Below, piece by piece: positions 13,576 to 27,197 of a stretch of 64,000 bases of DNA. The notes beneath the pieces are model-generated. The model saw nothing but the letters and a program-made list of their open reading frames with translations, ran no database searches and was not told where the DNA came from. The first letter of the stretch is position 1, and the number at the start of each line of letters is the position of its first letter. A program made the translations under genes and the position numbers. Source of the DNA: Eledone cirrhosa (Eukaryota); the NCBI GenBank assembly GCA_964016885.1, contig OZ024751.1, positions 22,320,001-22,384,000 on the forward strand. Reading direction: 5' to 3'.

Positions 13576-13881
13576 CTTCAGTTTTGGTGGTAAACTTGAG
13601 AGTTTCACTTCTGTTGCGCTCACCAGGGCGTGTGTTTTCTGTGTGCAACGAGAAGGCGTACTTAGCGCCACGTTTCAGGTTGTTGATAGTTACGAAAATA
13701 TCATTGCCATTTCCTTGGTCTGCGTGGATTGTTTCTATCCATTCACCATCATATGAAATAGGTCGGTGGGACAAATAAAACAGCTGTTCGTATCCTCCGT
13801 TAAAAGCTGGAGTCCATTTTACTGTGATGGTTGTATGAGTTATATTTACAACAGTGAAATCCATTGGTTCCAAAGGTGGAC
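13576..13881 (-). CDS. IgSF receptor exon: fibronectin type III domain
   Basis: cag|GT CCA..GAA G|gttggt, 306 nt; PPLEPMDFTV..ITVKWTPAFNGGYEQLF..INNLKRGAKYAFSLHTEN. Confidence 0.92.
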
Positions 13882-14309
13882 CTGCAAGTTACATTTCAAG
13901 GATTAGTTAAAAGTGGCCTTAGAGGTCCAGTTAAATATATATAGAGGTGATTAAAAGATATAACTACAGGTTATATTTCAAGGATCATTTGAATATATAA
14001 TTAATATGTATGATATATTGTGTGTTACATAAATTTCATCATAGCATGTGACTATGGGGGCCCTGACCAGACAGTACTGAATGCTGCTTGGGATTGACCC
14101 CTCAGACCTTTTCCCAGTGACCTGGAGGCTATCCATAATGCTGCAAATGATACCCTGGTCTAGCTTGCCAGTCTTGACCTGTCTCTCTAGTGACTGTGCA
14201 TATGTCATACGACAAGAAGATTACAAATACAATCACAAAAGGGTTAACCTTAAAATATATATATATAAAAACAACAACAATAAAATAAAACAAGAAATGA
14301 TTATGTTAC

Positions 14310-14639
14310 CTGCTGGAATTATTGTGATTTGATGACTACTGGCTCCAATTGAGTTACTAATATTCAAGTTTAGTGTTCGGGTTTCTGTTTCCCTCAGGTC
14401 TGTTATTGTGAAGATGACAGCATGTCCCTCTGCTGTCACTTCTCTGCCATATGCTGAGAGTAAAACTACTGTTGGCTGTATTTCTGTACTAATGTCTGGC
14501 TCAGATGTGACCACATCTTCGAAAGACCAAGACATTTCACTATAAACTGGGAATGAATAAAAGCTAACAGATATACTCAGATTGCCTCCATATTCCAAAG
14601 AAACATTTGATATGGCATCTATCTCAAAGACAGGTTTAG
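14310..14639 (-). CDS. IgSF receptor exon: Ig-like domain without cysteines
   Basis: cag|CT AAA CCT..GCA G|gtaaca, 330 nt; FYSFP..MSW..FTITDL..LNISNSIG. Confidence 0.88.
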
Positions 14640-15377
14640 CTGTAAGGAAGAAATGGACAGAAGAAAAAGAAGAAAAAATGAATTAACTTTTAAACTGGGG
14701 AAAAAAAAAAAATGAAATATGATAAAAGGAAATTTACGGCTCACATTTATGTAGATTTAACTGGCTTCCTACAAGATTATATCTCATAAAATATTTCTCA
14801 AGTGTTATAATGATAACAGTCCCAGGCCTATCATGAAAAATAAAAGAGAAATGGAGTGTCTTGCCCAAGAACACAATGCACCATCCAATCCAGGAATTGA
14901 ACCCATGTTCTCAAGCAGAAGGAGGAAGGATTTGAACTCAGAAAGCAGAGCTGGATCAGATGTCACAAAGCTTCTGAACTGGGCTAGTACTTTATTTATT
15001 GAACTCCAAAAAGATGTGAAGACATGATCTAATGGTTAGTGTGTTGGAGTTAGGATCATAACATCATGAGTTTGATTCCTGAACCGGGTGCTACTTTGTG
15101 TTCTTGAGCAAAACACTTCATTTCACTTGCTCCAACATAATCAGCTGAGAGTGAGTACCAGCAGTAGCTGGGGAGTTAATCCTGTAATAGAGTGGCATCC
15201 TGTCCAGGGGGAATTATTGTATTCTCAGTTGCTTAATGCCAAGGAAACCAGAGATAAGCATGAGCCTGATGAGCCTCCAAACAAGAAAGAAGGAAAAAGA
15301 CAGAAAGAAGGAAATATAGTGAAAAAGGAAAGAAAGAAAGCAAGAAAGGAAGCAAAAAAGAAGAAGAAAGAAAGTAC

Positions 15378-15674
15378 CGTGTATGATAAATTCAGCTGAA
15401 CCTGACTTCATTATATTGCCGTTTCTATCAGGAATACCATTTTCGACTAAACATTTGTAGGTACCACCATCTTCAAACGTTATATTTTCTAACGTTAACA
15501 CAGCCGGCTCTGAGCTTGACTCAATCGTGTCAAACTCTTGTAAGATAATTTCACTCCACATGTGCTGCCACCTATATGTATATCTATTAGGTTCTCCATC
15601 CGCGATACATGTCAGATTTGCTTGATTCCCTTCAGTGGCATTTGGAGGAGTTACCACTTGTGCATCTGGAGGAT
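15378..15674 (-). CDS. IgSF receptor exon: Ig domain
   Basis: cag|AT CCT CCA..CAC G|gtactt, 297 nt; LTCIADGEP..YRW..LTLENITFEDGGTYKC. Confidence 0.93.
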
Positions 15675-15920
15675 CTGTCATAATAAATAAAATAGATCAG
15701 ATCAGATTAGATCAGAGAAAGTAACATCAATGATATTCAATAGCTTTTGACTTGGTATACACACACACACACATATATATATGTATATGTGAGTGTGTGT
15801 GTGTATGTATGTATATGTCTATGTATATATTTATATATATAATATATATGTATATATATACAGTATATATATAGTAATATTACAAAGACCAAAATCCGAA
15901 GAGGGCTCGCTAAGGATTTA

Positions 15921-15963
<43 letters not shown>

Positions 15964-16404
15964 ATGTTGATCTTGTAGGTGGTCATGTTGGTACCATGAT
16001 GGTAAAAGACTCAGTCCACCTTGTTAGATGGTCATTTTGGTACCATGAGGGAAAGGCACCCAGTCAACCCTGTAAGGTGGTTGTGCTAGTACTATGATAG
16101 AAAAGCACCCAGTCTACCTTACTAGCAGATGGCGATGTTGATGCCACAATAAAAAACACTCAGTCTAAGCTGTAGGGGTGAGGAAAGGAATCTATCTAGT
16201 TGCAGAAACCACCCCTGAAAATAGATCCATATGAGCAAGACATGGTCACCTTGATCTGATCTAACCTGGCTAGTTTCTTAACATGACAACATATCTAACC
16301 CATGCAAACATGGGAAATAGATGTTAAATGATGATGATATATAATAAACCTTCTAGTTGGGTTTTTGATGGACACTTTCATTGATTTCAATCCATGATAT
16401 ACTC

Positions 16405-16500
16405 AGCCAGTCAATTTCCTAATGTTGGTGTCCCCAGTAAGACATAAGACATCAAACTGATGGAGAAATTTATTAAAGACGCAACCCTCACAAGTCACAG
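16405..16500 (+). pseudogene. Possible Tc1/mariner transposase N-terminal (HTH) remnant
   Basis: QFPNVGVPSKT*DIKLMEKF resembles the FP..PVPSK.TI.KL..KF motif; internal stop. Confidence 0.3.
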
Positions 16501-16576
16501 CGCTGGAGATGGAGATCGGAGTAAACTGTTGACAGGTTGGATTCAAATGTTTGCTTCCCCACACATGCATACAAGC

Positions 16577-16622
<46 letters not shown>

Positions 16623-16706
16623 GATATATATACACAGGCACGTGTACCTATATATATATATATATACACATATATAAACATCCGCACTCACCTGTATTTA
16701 TCTACT

Positions 16707-16755
<49 letters not shown>

Positions 16756-16934
16756 TCACATAATTACATAAATAGTTCACACACACACACACTGGTGTTT
16801 AACAGTCTATATATACATTATATATATATATATACATATATAAGTAGATAAATAAAGGTGAGTGTGGATGTTTATATATGTGTATTATCTATAGATATAC
16901 ATACATATATATACATATATATATATATAGGTAG

Positions 16935-17009
<75 letters not shown>

Positions 17010-17501
17010 TAGATGTGTATATATATATATGTGCGTGTATATGTGTATATGTGTATATATATATATATTTATATATATTTGTACTATACACATAAAATGT
17101 TGTTAAGACTAACTTGACTTAAAAATCATAATTCCTTGCAGCATTAGAATGCTAGAAAGGTATGTTCTCTTTCATATCAAATTCCATCATCTTTGAAAAT
17201 ACCATCTTTTGAAGTTTATAGCAATATTTTAATGATAAAAGTTACATTTCGATACTTTTGCAATGATTTATTCCTATATTGGTTGACATATTGGAGTATT
17301 CCAGTAGATATTTATTTATTTTTATGTTTTTTGGGTAGATGTTGGGGTATATTTTCTGTTTATAGAGTATATTTTTATTGATATTGTATTTTGTCATCAT
17401 ATATATATATCTATCTATCACATATATGTTATCTATCTATCTATCTATATATCTATCTATCTATATGCCTTTATATCTATCTATAAATATAACATATATG
17501 T

Positions 17502-17554
<53 letters not shown>

Positions 17555-17583
17555 ATCAACACCATCATATTGAATTATGAGGA

Positions 17584-17617
<34 letters not shown>

Positions 17618-17767
17618 CATTGCTAACTGGTTGTGGTGGTGCTACAATAAAAAGAACCCAGTACATTTTTACTAAGTGATAGTGGTTGTGCCATGATAAA
17701 ATGCACACAGTACACTCTGTAAAGTGCTAGCCATTAGGAAGGTCATTCATAATGATGATGGAAGTAA

Positions 17768-17958
17768 TAATTGTTTCTATTTTAGGCACAAGGCCAGCAA
17801 TTACTTCAGTGCATTACTGGTACTTTATTTTATCGACCCCGTAAGGATGAAAGGCAAAGTTAACCTCGGCGGGATTTGAACTCAGATCGTAAAGGGACGT
17901 AACTCTATGCTGGAAAGCATGGCGTCTGACCCGCTACCGATACTGCCAATTCCCCGCC
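17768..17958 (-). mobile_element. SINE family B, full length
   Basis: GGCGGGGAATTGGCAG head, GAGTTCAAATCC B-box, conserved body; second copy at about 18215-18405. Confidence 0.85.
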
Positions 17959-18172
17959 CTTTGATGGAAGTAATGATGTGGATAATAAAGCTGAGGATGA
18001 TGATGATTATAATGAGGATGCAAGTGGTGGTGGTGGTGGTGGTGGTGGTCATGTTCAGGAGCATGATGATGATAACAGGTGATAATAGTGATGTTGATAA
18101 TGCTTATGATGGTTGAGGTGTTGACTATCATGATGATGAAGAGAGTGGTGATAGTAGTAGTGGAGATGATGG

Positions 18173-18205
<33 letters not shown>

Positions 18206-18799
18206 CGATGATGTTAATTGTTTCTACTTTTGGCACAAGGCCAGCAATTATCCCCCAGTGCATTACTGGTACTTTATTTTATCGACCCCCCCCGTAAGGA
18301 TGAAAGGCAAAGTTGACGACCTCCAGAGGAATTGAACTCAGACTGTAAAGGGACGTAACTCTATGCTACAAAGCATGGTGTCCGACTCTCTACTGATACT
18401 ACTGATGACAAAGATGATGTTGACAATGATGATGATGATGATGATGATGATGATGTTGACAATGATGATGATGATGAGGATGATGATGACAATAATGATG
18501 ACAATGATGATGATATATTGTGCATCTGGAGGATTGTTAAAGAATTTAAAGAATATCTTCCAATAGATATGCTCACTAAAAAAAAAGCAGGAATGAACAA
18601 AATAAAAATGAATTAAATAATTTAAAAAACTGAAAAATAAATCTTTATCAGTAAATAAAATATATATTTATATAAATTCCAACATTTAGAATACATTTGA
18701 CACAGACCAATGAAAAAAAGAGTAAAAAAAAAATTAATAATAAAAACAACAACAACAACAACAGCAACAATAATGATGATAATAATAATAATAATAATA

Positions 18800-19313
18800 A
18801 TAATGATTTCTTTATTAACCACAAGGATTTACATAAAGTAGACATTAAGGACAATACAGGACAATACAGGACGGTACTAATGGGCATTTCTGCGTGTAAA
18901 AAAACAAAAACAGAGGATGTAACAAAAAATAACAATGAAAAATTCCCCAATAGGAGGGAGACTTCGGAGTGACATTTGTGGAGAAAGCCCAGTAAAAGGC
19001 CACAGTGACCCTGACCACCAAGGCAAGTGCCCTCTCCCAGTTTTCCACCTTTAATTTACAGATATATACTCAGAGTAGGCCCATTCACTCGGGCCATTCT
19101 TGCCTCTCTCACCCATCTTTCAACAAAATGCTGGGAAGAGAGCACTTCCCTCTCTACCCTGATTTTCCTTTTCAAATGAAATTTGAAAAAGTCAATCAGG
19201 GCATCACCGAAGAGGTAAGTGCTCGTCTTCAGCCCTTTCAAACGTGTCCACCATACTATCTCTTTCGCCATGGCCACCAGACAGATAAAAACTGCCTGCC
19301 CTTCCCAGCTAAA
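18800..19313 (-). mobile_element. L1/Tx1-like LINE ORF2 C-terminus and 3' UTR
   Basis: AMAKEIVWWTR..FFKFHLKRKIRVER..FVERW-stop, then AATAAAGAAATC(ATT)n. Confidence 0.6.
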
Positions 19314-19716
19314 GGAATAATAATAATAGTAATAATAATTGTTTCTACTTTTGGCACAAGGCCAGCAATTACCCCAGTGCATTACTGAATGATTTCTTTA
19401 TTGGCCACAAGGGCTGACATCAAGAAAAAAATAATAGTAATAATAATAATAATAATAATATCTGAAGAAACTGAAAGAATGTAACAAAGACTGCATTTAT
19501 TGGTTAGCAGTGGAATTAGGTTCTTCAAGAATTTCAGCATTTGAACATCTTGTAGAATAAAGAAGCTGTTTTTTTTTTTTTTTTTTTATTATTATTTTTT
19601 TCAAAGTCTATCATTTATTGTAGGAGACATAAAGGTCAGATGTTTTAATGAAGAATGGAGACAACTGCAATGATGAAAATAATAATAATGACAATAATAA
19701 TTACTGAATAACCTAG

Positions 19717-19747
<31 letters not shown>

Positions 19748-19766
19748 AATGTATGTAAATACATAC

Positions 19767-19797
<31 letters not shown>

Positions 19798-19926
19798 TAT
19801 ATATATACATACACAAATGTATGTAAATACACACACATATATATATACACATATATATACATATATATGTATACATATATATATATATATATATAAATGA
19901 GGAAGTTATAGTTCATTATACAAACG

Positions 19927-19973
<47 letters not shown>

Positions 19974-20201
19974 TTTTTTTAAAATAAATATATAGGCAAG
20001 AAGAAGTACTAGTACCATATATAAACATTGATTATGAAAATCAATGGGAATTTTAATGAAATCTATTCATGAATTTCTAAAAGTGACATATTTTTATTTA
20101 GTTTATATTTTATTTAAAAAAAAATTGTATGGAGATTACAAGATTTAGAAGTCTGAAAGAAAAAGCATCTATATATATGTGTGTGTGTATGTATATATAT
20201 A

Positions 20202-20232
<31 letters not shown>

Positions 20233-20299
20233 CTATATATATATATACATATATATGTCGAAACGGCTGGAGCTCAGCCATCAGGGTTCTGACTCTTTT

Positions 20300-20346
<47 letters not shown>

Positions 20347-20584
20347 CATATATACATACATCTTCTATCTATATATATATGTATATATCCATATATATAC
20401 ACACACATAAATATATATATATATAAGAAGAAATTAAAAGATCGTTAAAATGCGCATTTCAAGAAGAAATTAAAAGATGGTTATTATGCGCATTTCAAAA
20501 ACAAATATCATCCTGGGATGAACATGTTGATTTGACACTACCTTGCTCACAGGTGTTTTTTTTAAGCTTCATATCATGTCTCCC

Positions 20585-20655
20585 TATTTTATCTGATGAG
20601 AACGCAAATATCATCCCAGGATGATATTTGTTTTTGAAATGTGCATAATAAAATA
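20585..20655 (+). ncRNA. Type I hammerhead motif in a Penelope-like repeat
   Basis: UAUUUUAU-CUGAUGA-GAACGCAAAUAUCAUCC/GGAUGAUAUUUGUUUUU-GAAA-UGUGCA-UA^AUAAAAUA; inverted partial copies at 20425-20520. Confidence 0.78.
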
Positions 20656-20857
20656 CATGGAACTTTTTTAACCATCTTTTAATTTCTTCTTATATATACT
20701 CCAGTCCAATAAACTGTTGAGTGCTACTTATCCGATATTTGCATTGCTTTATTGTGCTACAATAAAACTCACCTCCTACATATATATATATAATATATAT
20801 ATATATATATGTACATCTCTGTTTATATGTGTGGGTGTGTAGATCCATAAGTAATAT

Positions 20858-21040
20858 GGATTCTACTTTAGGCACAAGGCCAGCAATTACCCAGTACATT
20901 ACTGGTACTTTATTTTATTGACCCCGTAAGGTTGAAAGGCAAAGTCAACCTCGGCGGGATTTGAACTCAGACTGTAAAGGGACGTAACTATGCTAGAAAG
21001 CATGGCGTCCAACCCTCTACCGATACTGCCAATTCACCGT
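20858..21040 (-). mobile_element. SINE family B
   Basis: Matches the 17768 copy; further copies at about 21800-21990 and 22015-22195. Confidence 0.8.
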
Positions 21041-21222
21041 AATATAACATGAAATAAATATATATGGCTATATCATCATCATCATCGTTTAACGTTTCAT
21101 ATTCCATGCTTGCATGGGTTTGGACGGGAGTTTTCCCACTTGAGGCAAGAGTCTTGCTCACATAGGACTGTCTGGCGGGTTTTCTACAGCTGGATGCCCT
21201 TCCTAACACCAACCACATTTAC

Positions 21223-21253
<31 letters not shown>

Positions 21254-22199
21254 CTGTGTGTGTGTGTGTGTCATGTTTAGATAGATATATTCATAAACAC
21301 ACACATACTCATGTATACGGATAGTCACTGATATATGAATACATAGACACCCACACAAACACACAATCCAACCAACACTCATACACACTCTCACACACAC
21401 ACACACAGACGTAAAACAATTTGAACATTAATAGAATTGTTACTAAGAATATAATTCTTAGAGCTTCAATAATCACCAGAAACCTTGGGAAGTGATGGAT
21501 TAGTGAGATAATCCACTCACTTACAAGTGGCATGTATCTTTTATAGAAGAATCTAGAAGTATTTGAGAAAACTGTCTCAATAGTAGACATGTTGGACTAC
21601 TTAAGGTGATGCCTGGAACAGGTATTAATACAGAGCTAACATTAATCCAAGCATAACAAAGAATACTTTCTTGCTCTTTTACTGGTTCCAACCGTAATAT
21701 AAATATAATAGTGTTAGATTATAATCCTCAGTAAAAGAATTCTTTATTGTTTGTTTAGTGGAAGCACAAAGGCACAAAGTAGGAAGAACTATAATAATAA
21801 TAATTGTTTCTACTTTAGGCACAAGGCCAGCAAATACCCAGTGCATTACTGGTACTTTATTTTATCAAACCCGTAAGGATGAAAGGCAAAGTTAACCTCG
21901 GCGGGATTTGAACTCAGATCGTAAAGGGCCGTAACTCTATGTTGCAAAGCATGGCGTCCGACCCTGTATTGATACTGCTAATCTACCGCACCTATAATAA
22001 TAATAATGATAATAATGATTTCTACTTTAGGCACAATGCCAGCAATTTAGGGGGAGGGAAAAGTTGATTAAATCGACTTCAGTACATTACTGGTATTTTA
22101 TTTTATCAACCTCATAGGAATGAAAGGCAAAGTTAATCTCAGCAGGATTTGAACTCAGAACATAAAGGGCCTTAAATCTATGCTGACGCTCTTGGGTAC

Positions 22200-22830
22200 A
22201 TAATAGCATCACTAGTGTTGGTGCCATAATAAAGTGCACCCTATATATTCTGTAAAGTGGCTGATAATTGAATGCAGACAAAACATGGTAGAGAAGACTC
22301 TTTCAAAATTGCTGGGTAGATGACCTCTTCTCTAGTGATGGTGCTATGATAAAATGCACCCTGCTCACTCTGTAATGTGGTTGGCAATTGAACACAGACA
22401 ATACAGGGGAGAGAGGACTCTTCAATATTGCTGGGTACATGACAACCTCTCTAGAGCTGGTGCTATGATAAAATGCACTGTGTACACTCTGTAATATGGC
22501 TGGCAATTGAATGCAGATGATACAGGATAGAGAGCACTTCAATACTGCTGCGTACATTCTCTAGTGTTGGTGCTATGATAAAGTGCACCCAGTACACTCT
22601 GTAATGTGGTTGGCAATTGAACACAGACAATACATGGTAGAGAGGACTCTTCAATAATATTCTTTAGTGTTGGTTCTATGACAAAATGCGGCGAGTACAC
22701 TCTGTAAAGTGGCTGGCAATTGAATGCAGATGATACAGGGTAGAGAGCACTTCAACAATTCTGAGTACATGATAACATTGCTAGTATTGGTGCTATGATA
22801 AAATGCACTTGGTACACTCTGCAAAGTGAT
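22200..22830 (+). repeat. ~120-bp tandem array, about 5 copies, containing a SINE-internal motif
   Basis: CTAGTGTTGGTGCTATGATAAAATGCACCCAGTACACTCTGTAA..GGCAATTGAA units. Confidence 0.8.
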
Positions 22831-23224
22831 AGAAATACGACAAAGTAAAGGTTAAGCTTACAACTAACGCGTCACTACATTTCCAAAAACATACAGAAGA
22901 CAGTAGAATTTTTCAAAAATAATTTGCAAAGAAAATGAAAACATAAAGAAATGGAATATCAAAGTAAAGTTAGCAATCTTATAATATAGAAGAATCTAGA
23001 AAAGACAGAACACGATTTTAATCCAATAGACGCTGTAGATTATATTGGAAATATAAAAATAATAGAGAGGATGAGAAGAAAGGAGGGGGTGATTGTGGTT
23101 GTGTGGAGGTAGGGACAAGTGGTGGTGTAGTATAGTGTGCTGCTGTGGTGGGGTTGGAAGCGATGTTACAAGTTTTGTTTTGATAACCATATACATATAT
23201 ATATATATGTATATATATTTATAT

Positions 23225-23512
23225 CATCACTTCACTTCACATCATTTTACGTCCGCTTTCTCCCTGCTTGCAAGGGTGGGACGGGAACTGATTCTGGCTT
23301 GATTTCTACAGCTGGATGCCCTTCCTAACACCAACCTCATTTACAGTGAATGCTGGGTGCTTTTTTGCCGTGGCACCTACAGCTGAGTAAACTGGAGCAA
23401 TGTGAAATAAAGTGTCTTGCTCAAGGAAACAACACATCACCCGGTCTGAGATTTGGACTCACAACCTTTCGATTGCAAGGCCAATGCTCTAACCACTAAG
23501 CCATGTGCCTCC
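23225..23512 (-). mobile_element. SINE family A, internally deleted
   Basis: Head and tail match 127-460; middle segment missing. Confidence 0.8.
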
Positions 23513-23538
23513 ATATATATATATATATATATTTATAT

Positions 23539-23576
<38 letters not shown>

Positions 23577-23754
23577 GTATATAATAACTACCTACATATA
23601 TATATATATTATTGGTATATATTATTATCGGTGGCAGCTGATATGTGTGTGTGTGTGTTGATAGTGAGAGAAGTAATGATGGAATTGGAGAGGAAGTGTT
23701 TCTAAGACAACACAGACTGGCAGCTACAGTTAGATTAACATTACAGATAATAAA

Positions 23755-23856
23755 CACTGCTACTACTACTACTACTGCTGCTACTACTACTACTACTACT
23801 ACTGCTGCTCCTGCTACTATTACTACTGCTGCTGATGCTGTTACTACTACTACCAG

Positions 23857-23914
<58 letters not shown>

Positions 23915-24009
23915 ACTACTACTACAACCACAACAACTACTACTACTACTACTGCTGCTGCTTCTGCTACTATTACTACTGCTGCTGATGCTGTTACTAC
24001 TACCACCAG

Positions 24010-24070
<61 letters not shown>

Positions 24071-24286
24071 GCTGCTGCTGCTACTACTACTACTACAACC
24101 ACAACAACTACTACTACTACTACTGCTGCTCCTGCTACTATTACTACTGCTGCTGATGCTGTTACTACTACTACCACCACTACCACTACTACTACTACTA
24201 CTACTACAACAACCACAACAACTACTACTACTACCACTGCTGCTCCTGCTACTATTACTACTGCTGCTGATGCTGTTACTACTACT

Positions 24287-24318
<32 letters not shown>

Positions 24319-25246
24319 AATTCTTGATGGTGTTAGTGGTGGTCAGAAAGAATGATAGTGATGGGGATGATGATGGATGGTGTTTGTTCTGGTGGTAGTG
24401 GCAGTGATAGGGGTGTTGTTGTTGATGATGAGGTTGGGGTTGGTGGTGATGGTGATGGTGGAGTGGATGGTGATGGTTGTGGTGCATGGTGGTGATGGTG
24501 GTGATAGTTGTTGTGGTCATGATTATTTGTGTTAATTGTGATGATTAGTGGTGGAGGTGGTAATGGTGATATGGTGGTGTGAAGGTGGGAATGAAGATGG
24601 TGGTGATGGAGGTGGTGATGAGGATAGTGGTGGTGAAGGTCATAGTGGTGTGATGTAGATTGGTAGCGGTGGAATAACTATGATGGTGGTAGTAGTGTTG
24701 ACCATTGCAATGGTGATGGTGGTGATGTTAGTGGTGGTAAATGTAGTGTTGGAAGTGGTAGTTGTGGCAGTGGTGATGGTTCATGGTGGTGGTGATTTGT
24801 GGTTTGGAGGATGATGGTGGCAATTATAGTGATGATGGCAGTGGGGTTCGTGATTGTAGTGGTGGTAAATATAGTGTTGGATGTGGTAGTTGTGGCAGTG
24901 GTGATGGTTCACGGTTTGGGGGATAATGGTGGCAATTATAGTGATGATGGCAATGGGGTTTGTGATGGTAGTGGTGGTAAATGTAGTGGTGATGGTACAT
25001 CATAGTGGTGATTTTTAGGGATGATGGTGGCAATTATGGTGATGATGGTAGTGGAGTTCACGATGGCAGTGGTAGTGGTGAAGATAATGATGATGATGAT
25101 CATCATCATTTTGGTGGTTGTAACATAATAATGGTAGTGGTGATGGTGTTGCTGCTGATGCTGCTGATTTTGATGATGCTGCTGCTGATGATGATGATGA
25201 TGCTGATGGAGATGATGGAGATGATGATGGTGATGATGATGCTGGA

Positions 25247-25283
<37 letters not shown>

Positions 25284-25360
25284 ATGATAATGATGATGAT
25301 GATGATGATGGAGATGTTGATGATGGTGCTGTTGCTGCTGATGATGATGAAGGTAATGTT
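23755..25360. repeat. (ACT)n/(GCT)n compound microsatellite followed by a GGT/GAT low-complexity tract
   Basis: Directly visible; a ~45-bp motif GCTCCTGCTACTATTACTACTGCTGCTGATGCTG recurs 4 times. Confidence 0.85.
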
Positions 25361-25523
25361 GAGAGGAAATGAGATGTGTAGGTACTTGACATATTTAAAA
25401 TATATTGTAGAAGACAATCAGAAAGAAAACAGCAAATTCTATATGTAAACATACAAACACTCACACACACACACTAAGCACATCACATACACAGACACAC
25501 ACCATACATGTGGTTAGTGTGTA

Positions 25524-25570
<47 letters not shown>

Positions 25571-25998
25571 GTGTGCTTAATGCATGTATATTATATATAC
25601 GTGTGCTTAGTGTGTGTGTATATATATATGTGTGTGTGTGTACTTAGTGTGTATATATTATATATGTGCGCTTAGCGTGTATGTATTATATATGTGTGCT
25701 TAGTGTGTATGTATATATATATATATGTATTTAATGTATATATATTATGTATATATATATGTGCTTAGTTTGTATATATTATATATATATATACATCTTT
25801 AGTATGTATATTTATATATATATATATATCATGTGTATGCTTAGTGAGTGTATTTCTATAAATGTATGTTTAGTGTATATATTATATATGTGTGTATATA
25901 AGGAAAGCATAGCACTTAGAATCATTCATTGATACAGTTTATTGGTAAAAAGCAATCATAAATAAACCATGTCACCCTACTCCCCCTCACACACACAC

Positions 25999-26060
<62 letters not shown>

Positions 26061-26769
26061 ATATATATATATACATATATATATATGTATACAAATAAAA
26101 AGAAAAGGCCAATATTGGAAACAGTGAAAGAGTGTCAAGACAATGACAACAACAAAAACAACAACAATGATAAAGAAAATATAAAAATAGTCTTGCCATT
26201 CTTGTATTCCAGGGCCCCACCCACCATAAATATATATATATATATGAGTATCTATATATATGAGTATATATATATGTGTGTGAGTTTATATATATACACA
26301 CACACATATGGTTCAGAATCAGAAGAGAATAAATGAATATAAGATAAAACGGAAAATATTGCTTGATTGCAACAACAACAACAACAAAAAGAAAGAAGGA
26401 AAGAAAGAAAGGCCGAGGCGGGGAAGACAGGATGGGAAGAAATGAAGGAGGTAAGAAACAAAGAAAAGGAAAAAGAGTTACAATATAAATACTGAAGAAA
26501 GTCAAAGAGATATTTATGAAAATAATCATAAATATTTTCGCTTTGGCTATGTATATACCACAAATGTTTTAAGGCCATGCAACTTACTAAAGGTGGGGTT
26601 AGACTTGCAGAGTCTCTATGACATGGGGACCCCTTTTTTAAGCCATTATTTACACCTGGGTGCCCATCCTGGCACCAATTCTTTTTGTCACCTCATAAAA
26701 CATACAGGGATACAGTGTAGCTATTCTGAATGGGATACACATATACAGTTCCATTGGCTATGAGCATCA

Positions 26770-26806
<37 letters not shown>

Positions 26807-26829
26807 GGAAATTCTGGTTTGTAGAATCG

Positions 26830-26926
26830 AGACATATCTGAGGATCTTGCGATTTCAGAGTCAGGTTTGATCATTATATCGATCGTGCCTCGAGTTGGTC
26901 GCCGGAGAAATGATTGTAATATGTCT
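26830..26926 (+). ncRNA. Type I hammerhead motif
   Basis: AGACAUAU-CUGAGGA-UCUUGCGAUU..GGUCGCCGGA-GAAA-UGAUUG-UA^AUAUGUCU; 8-bp stem I; (TA)n-flanked. Confidence 0.75.
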
Positions 26927-26968
26927 AATAATTCTTATTCGTCGCACTACTGATTCTCCGTTTCTTAT

Positions 26969-27006
<38 letters not shown>

Positions 27007-27134
27007 AAAGTTATATTTAAATTGTTGGGATACAACAAGCAAATAATTTTATAACTGATATAAAGCACTCAACAAATAATTGGAGTAAAAATACGATATT
27101 AACAAATGGAAACTATATTTATAAAACCATATTT

Positions 27135-27197
27135 ATTTCATTATACATATTTCAAGGACACCAAGTTAAATTATGGTGTGCTTTCATCAGATAAAAT
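27135..27197 (-). ncRNA. Type I hammerhead motif
   Basis: AUUUUAU-CUGAUGA-AAGCACACCA..UGGUGUCCUU-GAAA-UAUGUA-UA^AUGAAAU; same family as the 12-kb pair. Confidence 0.75.

Noticed and set aside
21525-21613. Cassette exon with AG and GTAAGT signals
   Set aside because: About 88 nt, frameshifting, no domain similarity
21675-21738. Minus-strand hammerhead
   Set aside because: Stem I and CUGAGGA are present, but GAAA is GGAA and the cleavage dinucleotide is missing; not counted
23533-24520. Mucin-like poly-Thr/Ser/Val/Leu ORFs
   Set aside because: Trinucleotide repeat open in several frames on both strands; no splice context
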